A stretch of 49,346 bases of DNA, filler included, from Basidioascus undulatus (taxonomy: Eukaryota): assembly GCA_000826855.1 (NCBI GenBank). It is 2 parts of 2 records of this genome, joined end to end, with 100 filler letters (N's around TTAATTAATTAA, not from the genome) between each part and the next. Parts side by side here need not be neighbours in the genome. Positions count along the whole stretch, not along the records: positions 30,178 to 49,346 come from JTLS01000431.1; 1 more part is not named here. The stretch is one strand, 5' to 3'. Positions 34,801 through 46,404 of the stretch are shown here, piece after piece (position 1 is the stretch's first letter; each line of letters begins with the position of its first letter). Made by a program: the position numbers and the translations under genes. The notes beneath the pieces are model-generated. The model worked only from the letters and a program-made list of their open reading frames with translations. It did not search any database and was not told where the DNA came from.

Positions 34801-36979
34801 GGCGGGCCATCTGGGAGTACCTTTGTACGCAAGGTCACGGCCAGAAGTTGGGCAATAATCTGTCTTGCACGTTCTCCCAGCAGAACTGCAAATAAACCAC
34901 AATTGGTTGCACCCAGAAGCACATCCGTTTAAGAGAGAGGACCAAAAGATGCACATGAGGCGTGATGAGGAGGTGTGTTTGTTGAGAGCGGCAAGTTCCC
35001 GCATATCTTGTCGGTTCGTCTTGGTTCGTCCAGCTCTCCAACATTCACTTCCTCTCGACGGCGACGATGGCCGCCTCCGATGAAGGTCAGGGTCTCACTA
35101 GACTTCCGCGCCCCCTGGAATGCGGAAATTGTCCTCTTGCATTATCCCGTGCCCGTAGACCTCGAGCACCACCCCTCGCCTCGCGTCCGGAGCGCCATCC
35201 TCATCCCATTCGACGTCCAGCCACGATAACGAGGCCTACCACGCTCTCGTGTTCGGTGCCAATAATGAGGAGGACAGGTCTGGGACCATCACTTTCTTCC
35301 CGCTGTTCCCCGTACCTCCGGATGCGACCGGCGTATCGCCGCACACCGCCTCCTTTCTACCTCTCTCAGACGGCGCGCACCCCCAGCCTAGAGCCCTCAC
35401 GACTTTGGCCGTTCCCTACGCCTGCTGTGAACTGAGTTGTTTCGGTGTTGGGAAGATACTTTTTGCTGCAACCAATACACTCTTGCCCTAGAACGTTCTT
35501 GCTGAGCGGGAGGCTGAGCGGGCTGCCACCATCGGCCGGGACTTGGCTGCGCGCCTGGGCGACTACGGGCAGACGCTGCACATTACTGTCCCGCCAAGCG
35601 CTTGATTGGTATTAATTATGCTTCATTATTAAATATTTACTGCCCTGGGATCAGATTAACGTCTTGCGAATGAGCGGATACCTCGCTTGCGCCGTCTTGG
35701 AATGCAGACGCGCAGTGCCTATTCAGACCTTCTCGAGATTCACACTCTCCACATCGAGCTCATTCGTAGACTTGGATAGTCAGGCTGGTTCCTCACTTGG
35801 GGAGGGTGGCGTTGCGTCGGGTCCCAGACGAGACACATCAGAAGACGTGCAAAAGCAGAGTTGCACGCTCTTACATCTTGAAACGCTGCCGCCGGTCGTG
35901 CTGCGTCAGGTTCACGTTCCGGGCAGACCACGCACCCAACTGGCACCATCAGCACTCCAAAGTTCCTACGCGTCTATTCAATTGTTCATGTAGCCCAGGC
36001 CCTTCCCCCTTTCCCCTCCCTCTACCCCTCCGCCCACCCAGCACCCACCTTCTCATCCCCCTCGCGCTGCGTTCTGAGCGCTTCGCAGAGCTTTGAACAT
36101 ATTGAATTGTTAGTGAGCTAGGCTTCCATCAGCTGACGAGACCGTGAGAATATAGCTTCAAAGTTCGCGAATGGCAGGACTGCAGAATATTTTCCAGCAT
36201 TGGTCGACCAGTTGAACACGGGAGAGATTCTTTCTCGCACGAGGCATGCAATCACCGTCAACTCAACGGAGAAAACCCTCACAGGCGTGGTACAAGGACG
36301 CGGTCCTGGGATGCCGACGTGCTCGGAGCTTTGACCACGCGTGGCAGGCTGAGCTGGAATCCCTCAGGCACCCGCGAAGGACAATCGATGTTCTCCTTTC
36401 CGTGATGGTCTACCTTTATGAGTGTATGTAATGTCTCATCATGGTAATGGATGCGTAGAGTGAAGGGCACTCAGTGCACGCAAAGCCAAAAAGCCAAAAA
36501 GCAGATTACCTGCTTTCTGTCGTAGACCTGCCATTCTCTTCGGCTTCCTATTATATCTTGCAATAGGCAACCAGTGCAACCAGTTTTATTATTGGCCATT
36601 ACCTTCACCAGTTGGCGTCGAGCAGCGCTAATACAGCCGCGAGCAGAAAAAATCAGCGACGCGCTTGATCGACGCGTCACCGACTTTGCTCCTTCAACTC
36701 CTGCGCGTCTCCTTGCCCTCTTCCCCCACCGGCCCTTTGCGTTTCTTCGCTCCTCGTCCCACTCGGACATCGTTTTCGTCCTCGAACCTGCTTTTCCAAG
36801 GCGGAAAATCATCCGAACATCTCGTTCAAGTCCACGCTCGCTACTTCTGTGCGTTCGTCGCTGAGCTTCTCGAGCAACACGCCGGCGAGCACGCGCGCTG
36901 ACTTCGGGACCTTCTCTCGCGCTCTCGCCAGATCTCGTCTGACCTGCAGCCCTCCCCTCGCTAGCCCCGCTCTATCATC

Positions 36980-37658
36980 ATGTCCGCCGCAACGCTAGAG
37001 GACTATGCCGACCGAATCATCTACAGCGAGTGCGTCAACGGTCGTCGCATCACCTCCCCCATCTCTTGCCCTCTCCCTCGCTCGACCCATGCGCGTTCGA
37101 TACTGACGCTGAGCACCCTCCCTGCGCCTGTTCTACTTTGTCCCCCCTCCTCCTCCGCCAGCCGTTACTCGGACGACCTGTTCGAGTACCGGCACGTCAT
37201 TCTCCCGAAGCAGATGCTCCGGCTTATCCCCCGCTCGTATTTTGAGCCCGACGAGTCGGGCGTGCTCCGCATCTTGAGCGAGGCCGAGTGGCGCGGGATC
37301 GGGATCACGCAGAGTTTGGGGTGGGAGATGTACGCGACCCATGGTGAGTCGGCTAGAGCGCTATGTGGAGAAGGAAGTGGCGGGCTAGCGGAGACAAAGT
37401 GTGGGAGATGGGAAGCACACCGGAATCCCCCCATGCCCCTCTACCTTATCCGATACGATGCTGAGTGCGCTTCTCTTCCCTTCCGCCTGCAGCTCCTGAG
37501 CCTCACATTCTGCTCTTCCGGCGAGAGAGGGACTACCAGGAGAAGGTGCGTGCTCCGAAGGCTTCCATCTCGAGCTCGACCGACCGCCTGACGCTTTTGT
37601 ATCCCTGCAGTACGGCCCGCACGGCAAGCCTGCCGACTCGAAGCCGAAGAAGAAGTGA
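36980..37658 (+). CDS. CKS1: Cyclin-dependent kinase regulatory subunit, 4 exons
   Basis: [55 protein letters not shown]; ends [15 protein letters not shown]. Confidence 0.96.
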
Positions 37659-38650
37659 CCTTGTGATTTCGGAGCACGGGAGGACAGGAATGTGCGGGCG
37701 GGCGGGCGGACACGGCGTGCTAGGGGGAGGACAAAAGATGGGATGAGGGAGAGGATGTCTTTGGAGGAAGGTCGGGGTCGGTCGGATTCATAGTTGGACG
37801 GGTGGTCCACGGTGTTTCTTCTTCATTTCTCATCCCTATTTGTGGCGTACCTCTTCGGAAAAGGGGGGCGGCGGGGATTCTTCGCTCTTTGCTGCCCCTC
37901 TATCCGCGTTATTCCACTCTGCTTCCTTCGCATCCCTTATACACCACAAGCATCATCATCGTCATTACATGTCCTATGTCCACAAACACATTGTTGCATT
38001 CTACGCCTTTTCCCATCGTGTGCTGAATGGGATGTGTGCGAGACGCGCATCAGAAACGGGCGAAGCAGAAGTGAGGTGGGAGGCTTTGATGGGAGGCTTT
38101 GACCGACCGGCGAGCTCCCAGCTAGGCTCTCATCGTGCGATCATCATCTCTGGCCCGGTCTTCTCGCTTCGGTTGCTTACCATTGTACGACATCTTTGGA
38201 CAGGAATTGAGCTGCTTGTGGTCGCAGATTGCGTTGTGAGTTCTCCTTGCCAAGTTGCAGGAATGAAGAGAGGTCCTGAGGGAGTTGAGCGGTAGGAGCC
38301 GTCACCTACAGCCGTACCGAGGACTTCATTCTGGGCTTCGCGGCCTAGGAGAATTCTCGTATTCTGCCTGTGCGAATTGAATCTTAGCCTGCATTTCATG
38401 TCAGTCGCTTCTACGCCGTTCGGTGCTGGGTCCAAACGAGGTCGAGGAAGCCTAGAGGTACCGCAGGGCGGCATCTGGACGGCACCTGACGTCTTCTCGC
38501 TTCCAGATCTCCTCGCCCGCCTGCTTCTCTCTCCCTCGCCCCTCTCGCCTTCCCAACAGGCATCATGGCACGTTTCATGACTATGAGACTCCATTCCGAA
38601 AACTTATGTTCTCCCTTTAGCATCTTGCTCGCGCTCTGCGGCGCTCTGCG

Positions 38651-40300
38651 ATGGTAGCTCGGCTCCCCCAGGCTCCCTTCATCCTCACCCGCTCGCTCGC
38701 AACTCCTCCTCCCAAAGTGCCCAAAGCCGCATCTACCTCTCCCAATCAACGCGCGACCATCGACGTCCCGCGCGAGCAGTTCACTGAGCCTGCGGTCCAG
38801 ACGCTGGCCTTCATGGGGCGGACGATCAAGCTCGTCTCGCTCGGGGCGCTCGGCATCGCCCTCCTCGCCGCGGGCGCATTCGAAGGGTTCCACCAGTACG
38901 TGGAGCGCTACGAGATGTCCCCTGCGTCTGCTATCGGGCTCGTCGGTCCCGAGGGCTGGGAGCCAGACAACGACGACTGGAGCGGTGGGCTCTCGGGCGG
39001 GACGGATCGCGGGCTCGGGTGGAAAGGGCGGCACTGCGTGCGGGGCGCGTACGTCGCGCAGGAGTTCGGGTCGGGGATCGCACCCGGCGTGATCAGCGCT
39101 GCTGGCGGAGAGTCGCACTTCGGAGGAGTGCCCGGTGGGCTCCGACGTTCAACCGTCAACCGCGCAGACTCCGGGTTCGCTCAGGCCGAGGCATACCTCG
39201 TCCAGGCGCTGGCGATCGCCGTCGAGCGCGGGAGACCGCTCGAGTCGATCGTCGCGCTCAGGATGCGCTTGGCGGGCGTCCGCGAGCGCTTGGGTGGTCC
39301 TGGCGCGCTCGCTGGCGCGCTGGACGAGTACGAGACGGTGTGGGAGGCGTTGCGGAACGGGGAGGTCAGTGCCCGCGTGGAGGTTGCGCGGAGGGCGGGC
39401 GAGGTCCAGGCGCGGAGGGACAGGGCGGAGGACGCCGAGAGGTGGTTCCTTGAGGGACTCAAGGTCGCACTGGGCAAGGAGGACGTCGTCGCGCCGGAGC
39501 CGGCGAAGGCTGACCCCGCTCCTTCCTCGTCGGGCGGCTGGTTCTCCCGCGCCAAACGGAGTACGAGCACGTCTTCTGCGTCTTCCGGCCCTTCTCCGCT
39601 TCTCTCAGCGCTCCTCCCCGCACCAACGATAGCAGTGTCGCCCCCCTACCCTCATGACGCCCGCGCATTCTCCTCCCTCCTCCTCACGCTCTCCCGCCAC
39701 TACGCGACGCAGCGCGCCCTGTCCTCCGCACACGCTGTCGAGCAGTTTTCGCACCGGCTCCTCAGCGTTGCGTCCGCCGCGGCGACGCACCAGTCACCCT
39801 CGGAGCAGCTGCATGCCCTCTGGGTGCAGCACCGTCTCGCCCTCACCTCCCTGCATCTGGCCGAAGTCACGCACGCCCTGGGCGGCTCGCCGGTCACCGA
39901 TGCGCTCGGGTGGCTGCAGCAGGCCGAGCGCCTCTCCGTCACAGTCCGCACCGCCCTGGAATCCCACACCTCGTCCATCGCGCGCCCGCCCAAGTCGACC
40001 GCGCTCCGCCGCCCGCGGGACTGGCTCGAGCGCGACGCACGCCGCAGCGAGGCGGAGGCGGCGTACCTCGCTGGGCTGCTGCACGAGCTGAGCGGGCAGG
40101 CCGGGCCCGCGCTCGCGTGCTACGAGAGGAGTTTGAGGGCGCATGGCGCAGGGGTGGAGGAGGGGGAGGGCAAGGCGGATGAGAATGTCCTGGAGGAGGG
40201 AGGGCCGGAGGTCAGGAGGGTGTGGGACGCCTGGAGGAACGCGAGGGAGAAGGTCCGCGCGCAGGGCGGCACCGTGGGGCGAGAAGGGAAGAGTCAGTAG
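38651..40300 (+). CDS. 549 aa single-exon protein, probable mitochondrial inner-membrane TPR-like protein
   Basis: Uninterrupted ORF with strong GC3 bias. Presequence-like N-terminus, one hydrophobic helix (LVSLGALGIALLAAGAF), TPR-like helices (AQAEAYLVQAL, AERWFLEGL, ALACYERSL). Confidence 0.85.
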   Translation: MVARLPQAPFILTRSLATPPPKVPKAASTSPNQRATIDVPREQFTEPAVQTLAFMGRTIKLVSLGALGIALLAAGAFEGFHQYVERYEMSPASAIGLVGPEGWEPDNDDWSGGLSGGTDRGLGWKGRHCVRGAYVAQEFGSGIAPGVISAAGGESHFGGVPGGLRRSTVNRADSGFAQAEAYLVQALAIAVERGRPLESIVALRMRLAGVRERLGGPGALAGALDEYETVWEALRNGEVSARVEVARRAGEVQARRDRAEDAERWFLEGLKVALGKEDVVAPEPAKADPAPSSSGGWFSRAKRSTSTSSASSGPSPLLSALLPAPTIAVSPPYPHDARAFSSLLLTLSRHYATQRALSSAHAVEQFSHRLLSVASAAATHQSPSEQLHALWVQHRLALTSLHLAEVTHALGGSPVTDALGWLQQAERLSVTVRTALESHTSSIARPPKSTALRRPRDWLERDARRSEAEAAYLAGLLHELSGQAGPALACYERSLRAHGAGVEEGEGKADENVLEEGGPEVRRVWDAWRNAREKVRAQGGTVGREGKSQ

Positions 40301-40859
40301 GAGAGGACGTGGATTTCTGGAGTTGATTCATGATTATGCACTCCGACACGACCCAGCTGCAATTTCCAGTATTGTCGGCTTGATAGGCGGACTTTTTCTT
40401 TCTCTTTAGCCGACTGAGCTGTAACCCGAGCTCTGAAGTCCAATCATCGTCACGCTTTCGAAAGACTTGGCTCGACAAGCCTTCTTGCTCGACGAGGTGC
40501 GGCCTCCTATAGCAGACGCGTCGCATGGTCCCTTTGCGAAAGCATTCAAACGAGTTGGACCGAGGCAGATTCCGGGTGACGAGGGTTGGCGAGTGTGCAT
40601 TAAAGCAGAGTGCCTACTGCATACCTCTTGACAAATAAATCCGCAGTTCTGGCGCAGCTCGGCTCCGTTGAACCACGTATGTCTGTGTAGTTCAGGAGGT
40701 GTTGCATCGTTGTCGATGCCCGATTGCAAACGGTGGAACGGGCGACAGAACAGTCTGGAGACTGGGCGGCATCCCAACTCGGTACGCAATTGTCGGACAA
40801 GGGAGAAATAATGCTAAAAGACTCCTCCTTGATGTGTCCGAGCCCTTGGATCCGAAGCA

Positions 40860-41580
40860 GCAAGGGGGGCATGTACGTGACGTGTAGGCGAGCGGCCGTA
40901 GGGTCGAGACAGGCGTGAGGGGAACGCTGACGCCTGAGAAGGAACGCGAGCGCAATGACGGACTCGACGAGGGCGTCGAGCCGCCGGGCCGCATGGGCGC
41001 GCGTCTCGAGGTGGTAAGTCCGGTTGCGGATCCAGGGCTCCAGCTCGTAGACGCCGGGTCCTAAACCTCTCATCTCGAGCGCTTTGACGATCGCCTCGCC
41101 ACTTGGGCCAAGAATCAGGGCCTCTCATATGACACGCCTGAGGAGCGCGAACGCGCGGTGAAACTTTGGAGTTCGCACGTGGTGAGACCTTTCGTCGCGG
41201 CTTTTGTGGATGCGAAGGGCATGCTCATCGAACACCGCTGGACTACGGCCTTTGGTCGTGTCACTAAATGTGCCACTAAATAGAGAAGAGTATCGGCTGA
41301 AAATTTCGTAAAAGAGCACGGCTTGCCAATGACCACTGAGGCAGAGAGGCAACACGCCGAAAGAGAAGTGAGCGTATAGTCTCTCCTTCTCCCTCACCCG
41401 GTAGCGCGAAGCGGACCATAAATCGGCTCATTTCGTCTTGACAGTACCAGCGTTGGCGAACCTCTCGCGATACGTGTTTGGAATGTCGCTCCCGACTCGC
41501 CCGAGGACATGCACTACCGCGCACAGCGTGACACCCTCGTCGCGCTGGGCATCGTACCTCAGTCCAGACCCGCCGGCGGC
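40860..41580 (-). pseudogene. Gene relic with two in-frame TGA; possible Ulp1/C48-like protease motif
   Basis: One frame runs about 240 codons, interrupted by TGA at 41428-41430 and 41125-41127. Contains FGVLPLCLSGHWQAVLF..PAVFD. Ends approximate. Confidence 0.4.
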
Positions 41581-43241
41581 CACACAATGTCCCTTTCGCG
41601 CTGATGAGCTCGCGAGCTACTGCATTTTCCAGCGAGTGTATCCGCACGGCGAGCTCGGACAGACGGTACGGCAGTGCTGCTCTCTTACCTCACGCGCCTT
41701 GCCGGACGCTTTACCTGACTCATCCCATCGTCCGTCGTCCCGTTACACAGAAAGGAACGATTCGCCAAATTCTTCCCAGGCGCTTCGTCATTGTGCGTTC
41801 GGGCATCAACATCTCCTTGGCCTATCACAAAGTGCAACAACATTGTGTAGATTACTGACGGCTATTTGCTTCATCTGTATCGTTGCGACTTTCAAGATCC
41901 CACCGCCTGGCTTGCCGAGCGAGGGTGGGAGTTGCAGGGGCTGGAAGCCTGAGCCCATATCGCAGGCTCGTGAGAAGAACAGGGTGGCGGGCTATGTTCA
42001 CGTCGTTGCGTTGCGTGACTTGCCAATGGGTGTGCTGCAGGACTTGGCGCTCGAACTGTCGGAGGGGCGTATTCGGGTTGTACGAAGCAGCAGCAGCAAA
42101 ATCTGAAGGAGCGGCAGGGTTGCATGATCTGTGAAACGCACTTTGGCCAGCGTGATAGCATCTGGGTGCCGGAGACGAAGCGTGGCAGATCTGCGTCTCC
42201 TCGCGCCCTCGGGAAGCTTGTGCACCGCAAACCTTTAATGCGGGACATGCTTCTGCATTCTCGCCTCCTCCCCTCTTGTTCCAGCCAGCCCTTACGCGCT
42301 GTAATGAGCTACGTCCGCCAGTGGACAGCTAACTATGCAATCGACGTCGGTATATGTAGTCGCTCGAAGAACACACGAACTGCACACATGAACTGCACAC
42401 ACGATCCTCAACATCCTCAAAGGGTCATGTATCCGCCACATACCCCACATGCCCTCCCCCCTCTTCTTTCTGACCCAGTACATCGCTCTTCGGTAGATCG
42501 CTCCAAAACCGCACCCTCTTTAACTTGCAGAAGGAGATAACAGTCTTCTCCTCCTGCACGGTTGCGATACAGGCACAGCTAGTGTCATGTTGGCATTTGC
42601 ATGCAAGAGTTCAAACTCGAGCATGCTCTTCAATGCATGACCGGAAGCTGGACGAGATCCTGCAGCAGGAGAGTTAGACAGCATTTGTACGAGGTGCAGT
42701 GGGATTCGGTCGAGCTGGACTCGGAGGGCCACTAGTGCTGGCGGGCTTGCCCAACAACTGCGTTTCGGTGCATTCCGGACGTATATCACTCAAGCAGGTC
42801 AAAGGTGTTTTCTTTCGTGGTACAAAGTCAGCAAACGACACATCACATGGGGAGCATGTGTGACTATGTGAGCGTGAAACCGCGGGCTTGAAGATGTGGC
42901 TTGTCTGGCAATGCACACGCGGCAACACAACACACCCCAGCCATAAAACATGTGTCGACGCAGTCGACGTTCATAACGGTCATAGCGAGTGTGGCGCGAA
43001 AGGCGAAAAGAGCAAGGCAGAGTCGAATCCTCCAGAGAAGGCAGCGCAAGCGCAGCTCCCGTGCTCCTCCTGGGAGCTCCACCGAAACCCAGAGCACGTT
43101 CAACGCGCGTCCAAAGAAGAGAAGAGAATAACCGAGAAAGGAAAAAGGGGGGGGCGTAAGACATGAAAGGAAAGGAAATAATAACTCAAAGCGCCTCCGG
43201 GGCACAAGACAAGTGGTCATCGTGTGGTGGTGTGTGTGCGT

Positions 43242-44859
43242 TCACGCGTGGGACGACGACGCGCCGAGGGCCCAGCTCCGGCGGTGGACGTTCATGGCGC
43301 GCCGGCGCTTCGCGATGCCCTGGCACTGCTTGAACTTGGTGCCGCAGTCCCATGCGCCGCCGCCACCCGTCTGCCACTTCTCCGCGCACGCCTGGTACGT
43401 CGCGACGCAGTCGCCGTCCGCGCCCGTGTCGTTGCCGCCAGCAGCGGGCTCGTTCGAGCCCGACGTCGGCGCGGGCTGCGCGGGGGACGAGTAGGACTCC
43501 TGCGAGTTACCGGAGGGGGACGGGGACGAGGAGGGCGCGGCGGAGGAAGAGGGTGCGGGGCTGGCGGAGGAGACCGGCGTAGCGGCAGAGGAGGACGGCG
43601 CAGGGGACGAGCCGGAGCTGCCGCCGCCGCTGTAGACTTCGGAAGGGCCGGGTGCGACATACGAGTCCGAGCCGCTGTCCTGGTTCACCTGGAGACCACT
43701 GGGGAAGGGGAATGGTTGTGTTTAGCGAGATAAATGGTGAAGGCATGGGTAGGGAGTGGACGCACGGAGTAGACGGCGTGTACCAATCCGAAAGCGAGCC
43801 GGTCGCAGGCGACGCGTTGCCGCCGCCGGTGACCTGGACTTGAATGCAGGCGGGGCTATTGGAAGACATGAGTTAGCTTCAAGTTGAAGCTGACAGACTC
43901 GGACCAAGAGACGGACTAGAGCTCGGCCCCGTTCGAGTTACCGTTCTGGACGGTGTGCTGCGGGGCAGGTGAAATTTCAGTCTCCAGAGGGAGGGCGTGA
44001 GCGCGACACGAAGCACACAAGCGACTCACGTAGCCACCAAGCTCGATGCGGATGAGGTAGTCGCCGGCCCGGAGGTCGGAGGGGACCTTGAACGAGTAGA
44101 CGGGGGCGTCGTACTGGACCTGGGCGCCCTCGCCCTTGTACTGGAGGTGCGAGAGGACCATGTGCTTGGTGCCCCACTCGCCATTCTGGAAACCCCAGCG
44201 GTCGATTGCGAACCTGTTTGCGGCGTTACAACAGGGGTCAGGAAGCCTGCGAGGGGGAGGAAGAGGGAATGCGCGACGCGACCCACCACTGAGCCTGCAG
44301 CGGGTCCTGGTCGGCACAGTCGCCGTTGCACTTGGCCATGAACGCCTGCGCGTGGCCGTCGTGGTCGTGGATCCACCAGCGCTAAACAGGCGAACGTCCA
44401 ACCTCAGTTCTCTGACGCGTTCCACCAGACCAATAGAGAGGGAAAGGCGACTTACGAGGTGCTGGACGTCGACCTGCCCGCCCGCTGAGACCTGACCAGA
44501 GGCCTGGGCGGGGGACGAGTTGACGCCGCAGCCGAGAGCGGGGACGTAGAGGTTGCTGTGGAGGGCAAAGGCCGCGTTCAGGACCAAGGAAGCTCCGATG
44601 AAGGTCGCATGCTGAAGGACGCACCTGCCCCGGACGGGGTCGCCATTCTCGTTGCGCGTGATCTCGCGGCCGTAGGACTTGCCGTCGAGGGTGACGCCTG
44701 CGTGGGATGGAAGGCATTGTTCAGTCCACGGTAGAATGATAGAACAGAAAGGCAAAGGAGCTCACCGGTGATGTACGAGTGAGCCTTGACGGACTCGGAG
44801 AGGAGAAGGAGGCCCGCAAGCAGGCTCGAGGTCGTGGAAAGAGCGGTAGAGAACTTCAT
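43242..44859 (-). CDS. Secreted AA9-like lytic polysaccharide monooxygenase with Ser/Pro linker and C-terminal 4-Cys module
   Basis: Signal peptide ..SESVKA then His1 (HSYIT). HDGHAQAFMAKC, QWFAIDRWG, W-GT, FKVPSDLRAGDYLIRIELGGYH, GAELYPACIQVQVTGGG, YVAPGP. Confidence 0.88.
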
Positions 44860-46027
44860 GATGAATGAGTTGAAAGTGTGTGGCGAACAAAGGTCAAAGA
44901 GTTGATAAAGTCGTGGTGTGTCGGGGTCGGACGGAGACGTGTCGAGCGCGACCGGCGTGGAAGAGAGGACTGAAGTTGGTGAAAGCGAGAAGAACGTCGG
45001 CTGGCGGGTTTGAAAAGAAGGTCGCTGCCTGGGGGCGTAGGTGGGGTCGGTCGACACGCTGGAGGGGCGGGGGTAGGGCGGAGGAGGAGGACAAGGAGAG
45101 TGTGGGTGAGGGTGAAAGGAAGGAAGAGAACAAGGGCGACTGGGTTTTATGGCGCACAGGCACAGATGGATGTGGGGCCACGGCTCGACGGCTCGACTCC
45201 GCGGCAGGCGGCACGCACGTTTTCTTGTCTCGCGCGCCCTCGCTATCGCGCAAGCTCGACCCACGCCCACGCCTCTGAAAAACTTACTCTGCGCTCTCGG
45301 TACCTTGCACATCGTGTTTTTCAGAGCCCAGCGCCAGCCATGCGTACTGGAAATTGGCCAGGCTGCATCTTGCGCATTCTGTGTAACGACTCGCTGCTGT
45401 CGCAAACACCGACCGTCCGCCCGCGATGCCTTTCAAAACAAAGGGCTCACGCGGGGCCGTGCTCAAGTGACGTTCCCCAGCACCGTCCTTCTCCAAGCGG
45501 TCCCTGTTGATTGAAAAAACGGACAGCCTTATTGTGCAATAAAAGTCAGGTATAGCCAGATCGATGCTTGGCCAACCGCAGTGGAAGGGTTGTTGGAGAA
45601 CGCTCCATTTGCATGACAGCATGCGAGCTATTTGGGGTCGTAAAGTGACAAGCCACCGTCCGCACACCGCTCGAGTTGAGTTGCGGATGCGGTCTTCGCG
45701 GACGTGCAATTGGGACTTACATTCACGATCAAAAGGCGTTTTCGCGTAAACAGGCCAATGGAATATGTCCCTTGAGGACGGGAGAAACCGCATAACCAAG
45801 CGCAACATAACGAGGACGACCGGTGGCTGTCGTCTGCTCGTGGCAGTCGACAGTCAAAGCGCGAGCACAACCGTGTTTCAGCGGGTCACTTGAAAGATGC
45901 AATGTCCTCAACAATCCAACAATTAGATGACTCACAAGTGATCATAAGTGTGGATTAACCACGACAAGTTGTCCTAGCCACGGGGTTTGAAAATTTCAAA
46001 TGTTTATGCTTGAATTAATACTGCACC

Positions 46028-46099
46028 TCCTCCTTAGCTCAGTGGTAGAGCGCGTCACTAGTAATGACGAGGTCAGTCGTTCAAGTCGGCTAGGAGGAA
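46028..46099 (+). tRNA. tRNA-Thr(AGT): tRNA-Thr(AGT), intronless
   Basis: Cloverleaf: acceptor TCCTCCT/AGGAGGA, D arm GCTC/GAGC, anticodon arm CGTCA-CTAGTAA-TGACG, T arm AGTCG-TTCAAGT-CGGCT. T4 run at 46120-46123. Confidence 0.93.
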
Positions 46100-46404
46100 C
46101 TGCACTTCCAATGCGTTCCTTTTGCCGCCTGGATTCAATCCTTTTCGACATTACTTTTATTTTTGTGCTGTCTGCCCCAATTGAATAATAATCAATTCCA
46201 AAGCATTGGTTAAATGTCGCGCTCTATCGAGATGTCAGCACCCTGACGTCAGTCGCAGTGCCTTCTCTTCAACGACCTCCGCAGTCACCACTTCGGACGC
46301 TCCCTGTGGCTTGATACGATGCCCCTCTTGGCTCCTCGCATTAGACGACCTCAGATTTACGCCCAACCACTCCCCTGCACCCCGACTCGTTCCCCACTGC
46401 AGCG

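Noticed and set aside
41125..41430. In-frame TGA codons (also 9816, 21955) as selenocysteine or a recoded stop
   Set aside because: No redox-motif context or evident SECIS; conserved genes here end in TGA normally, and the relics also carry TAG stops and frameshifts.
42551..42584. CCTG..CAGG followed by CTAGT, resembling a Helitron 3' end
   Set aside because: Only a 4-bp stem, with no matching 5' end or Rep/helicase sequence.
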